In this document: piece by piece, positions 62,310 through 64,000 of the stretch | How positions within the stretch are numbered: the stretch's first letter is position 1 | How the letters are laid out: each line of letters begins with the position of its first letter | Source: Chrysemys picta bellii | Lineage: Eukaryota | DNA length: 64,000 nucleotides | Assembly: GCF_011386835.1 (NCBI RefSeq) | Contig: NC_088802.1 | Location: 52,514,001 to 52,578,000 of the forward strand | Direction: 5' to 3' | Notes under the pieces: model-generated | Database searches by the model: none | What the model was told of the DNA's origin: nothing | Seen by the model: only the letters and a program-made list of their open reading frames with translations | Made by a program: the position numbers and the translations under genes

Positions 62310-62520
62310 GGATGATTCAGTGGCTGGGGGCCAGTGTGGGGCTCAGGAGATTCGGGTTCTATTGCAAACTGTGCCACAGACTTTATGTGACCTAAAGCAA
62401 GTCACTTACTCTCTGTGCCTCAGTTTCCCTTCTAGAAAATAGAAGAAGGCACTTCCCCCTACCTCCCAGGGTGGATGTCAGGATAAAGGCGTTCCATTTT
62501 GTGAGGTGCTCAGGTAATGG
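62310..62520 (+). mobile_element. MIR/CORE-SINE
   Basis: tgtgacctaaagcaagtcacttactctctgtgcctcagtttccc core. Confidence 0.75.
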
Positions 62521-62602
62521 AGGCTGTACCATAAAATGCTATGGTAACGGAGGCTGTATAAATGCCTACGTTAGGTTCTAATTGAAATTTTGACTCATAA
62601 TA

Positions 62603-62768
62603 CACCTCTACCCCGATATAACGCAACCCAATATAACAGAAATTCAGATATAACATGGTAAAGCAGCGCTCCGGGGAGGGGCGGGGCTGCGCACTCTGGC
62701 GGATCAAAGCAAGTTCGATATAACGCGGTTTCACCTATAACGCGGTAAGATTTTGGGGGGTAGAGGTG
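62603..62768. mobile_element. Tc1/mariner-pogo (Tigger-like) MITE, same family as 11586-11765
   Basis: cacctctaccccgatataacgc left TIR, ggggtagaggtg right end, TA flanks; ~25-bp deletion removes the inner part of the right TIR. Confidence 0.85.
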
Positions 62769-64000
62769 TATTTATGAGAGAGAAAAGTCATGTACCAAAA
62801 TTTTTAGACAGAGGTACCTAAATGTATGCTTCTCACTCCACGTTTAAACACCTACAGAAGTTGTCTGGCTTCTGTGGGAGCTGTGAACATGCAGCATCTC
62901 TGAAAATCAGATCTTATTTTGGTAACTAGAACTGGATTATGTAGCATTTTGCATGGAACTTGGAGGGAGAAGCACAGAAAATTTCCATTAGCCCTGGTGG
63001 AGCATGCTATACATGAAACAGATTTTGTATGTAACATTAGGCAGAGAAGTCTGACAGTTTTTGGCCAGAAAAGAGGATAAGGCCCAAATGCAGATTCTCT
63101 GCTTCTTATCCATAGAAAGGCAATGGCCTGAAGAGTGCATGGAGTGATGAACATGAGCATGAGTCTGGAATGTACCTGTTAGCAGAAATTAACAGAAAAC
63201 CTATGAGAAATAAAGTAGGGATGAGTCAGGTCAAGTATGTTGTGATAACTTGGCCTACCAAATTTACCCTAATTGTGAGTTTAGCTGTAAAAAGTGAATG
63301 TAAGTTGATAAAACGTCACAATAACCTAGAGTAACCGATGCTGATGGGAATGGGTGCAAGAAAACCAGACAGAGAAACTGGAGTAGTCTAATTAAAAAAA
63401 AGACCACTCTGATTTAATCACAGGACTGTTAAAATTATGCTTGTTAAAAACAGATGATATGGAGATGGAAATTAATGAACCAAAATTGTTGTTGGTGAAC
63501 AAAATAATGAGGGGATGGGCCATTTTACCCATCACTTCCTTTTAAAGAAAGAACCGACAGAGAGAAAGGAGAATGGAGGCTACTAGAGTGAGCTTCATTA
63601 TCATGGCTGCCAAACCCACTGTGACCCTGGCCTTCATCACCTTGATCCTGAGAGATGTCCTGACCAGAATGGACCAGAGGGAGGCATCCAGATGACATCA
63701 CCACCTCTACCAGCTAATGGCTGAAATCCCAAGCACTACCTGGGCTTTAACAGCAGCAGCAGCCCATCTCAACTAACTTCTTTTCTTTCCCCCCAAAAGG
63801 CAGTTACTACCATCTTTACTACCCTCTACAAGACTGTCAATCAAGGTGTTCTGCCTTCCAAAAACACTCTCTGGAGAAAAGGAACAAGAAATGTTTTGTT
63901 GTTAAAATTAAAGCCTTAATTAATACTTACCCTTTCAAATGCTTTAACTGTTTCCCTTTCTTTTCTGGACCTGTAATGAAAGGTTAAATGATTTTAAAGG

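Noticed and set aside
1-64000. CRISPR array, rRNA, prokaryotic or viral operon
   Set aside because: No regularly interspaced repeat-spacer units, rRNA motifs or dense gene organisation; the composition is that of a vertebrate repeat-rich genome.

Overview
Vertebrate nuclear DNA, almost certainly a turtle (inferred from turtle-type tRNA-derived SINEs sharing a CR1 tail, turtle-like CR1 and Penelope families, and CpG depletion outside young repeats). The window is intronic or intergenic and rich in transposable elements. These include a young 5'-truncated CR1 with three frameshifts (51790-53687, minus), an older CR1 (55705-56878), many CR1 tails, a fossil RTE-type LINE, and Penelope-like elements (a GIY-YIG fragment and an inverted terminal-repeat pair carrying a minimal hammerhead ribozyme motif). 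There are also three polIII SINEs, MIR/CORE-SINEs, hAT, PIF/Harbinger and Tc1/pogo MITEs (many with readable target-site duplications), LTR-like segments and a dispersed short-palindrome family. I could not confidently identify any host protein-coding gene. The best candidate is a 219-nt open minus-strand exon at 22010-22228 with a degenerate EF-hand-like motif, plus several weaker candidate exons. There is no evidence for CRISPR arrays, rRNA or intact tRNA genes. All calls were made by eye without database searches, so family names and fuzzy boundaries are approximate.
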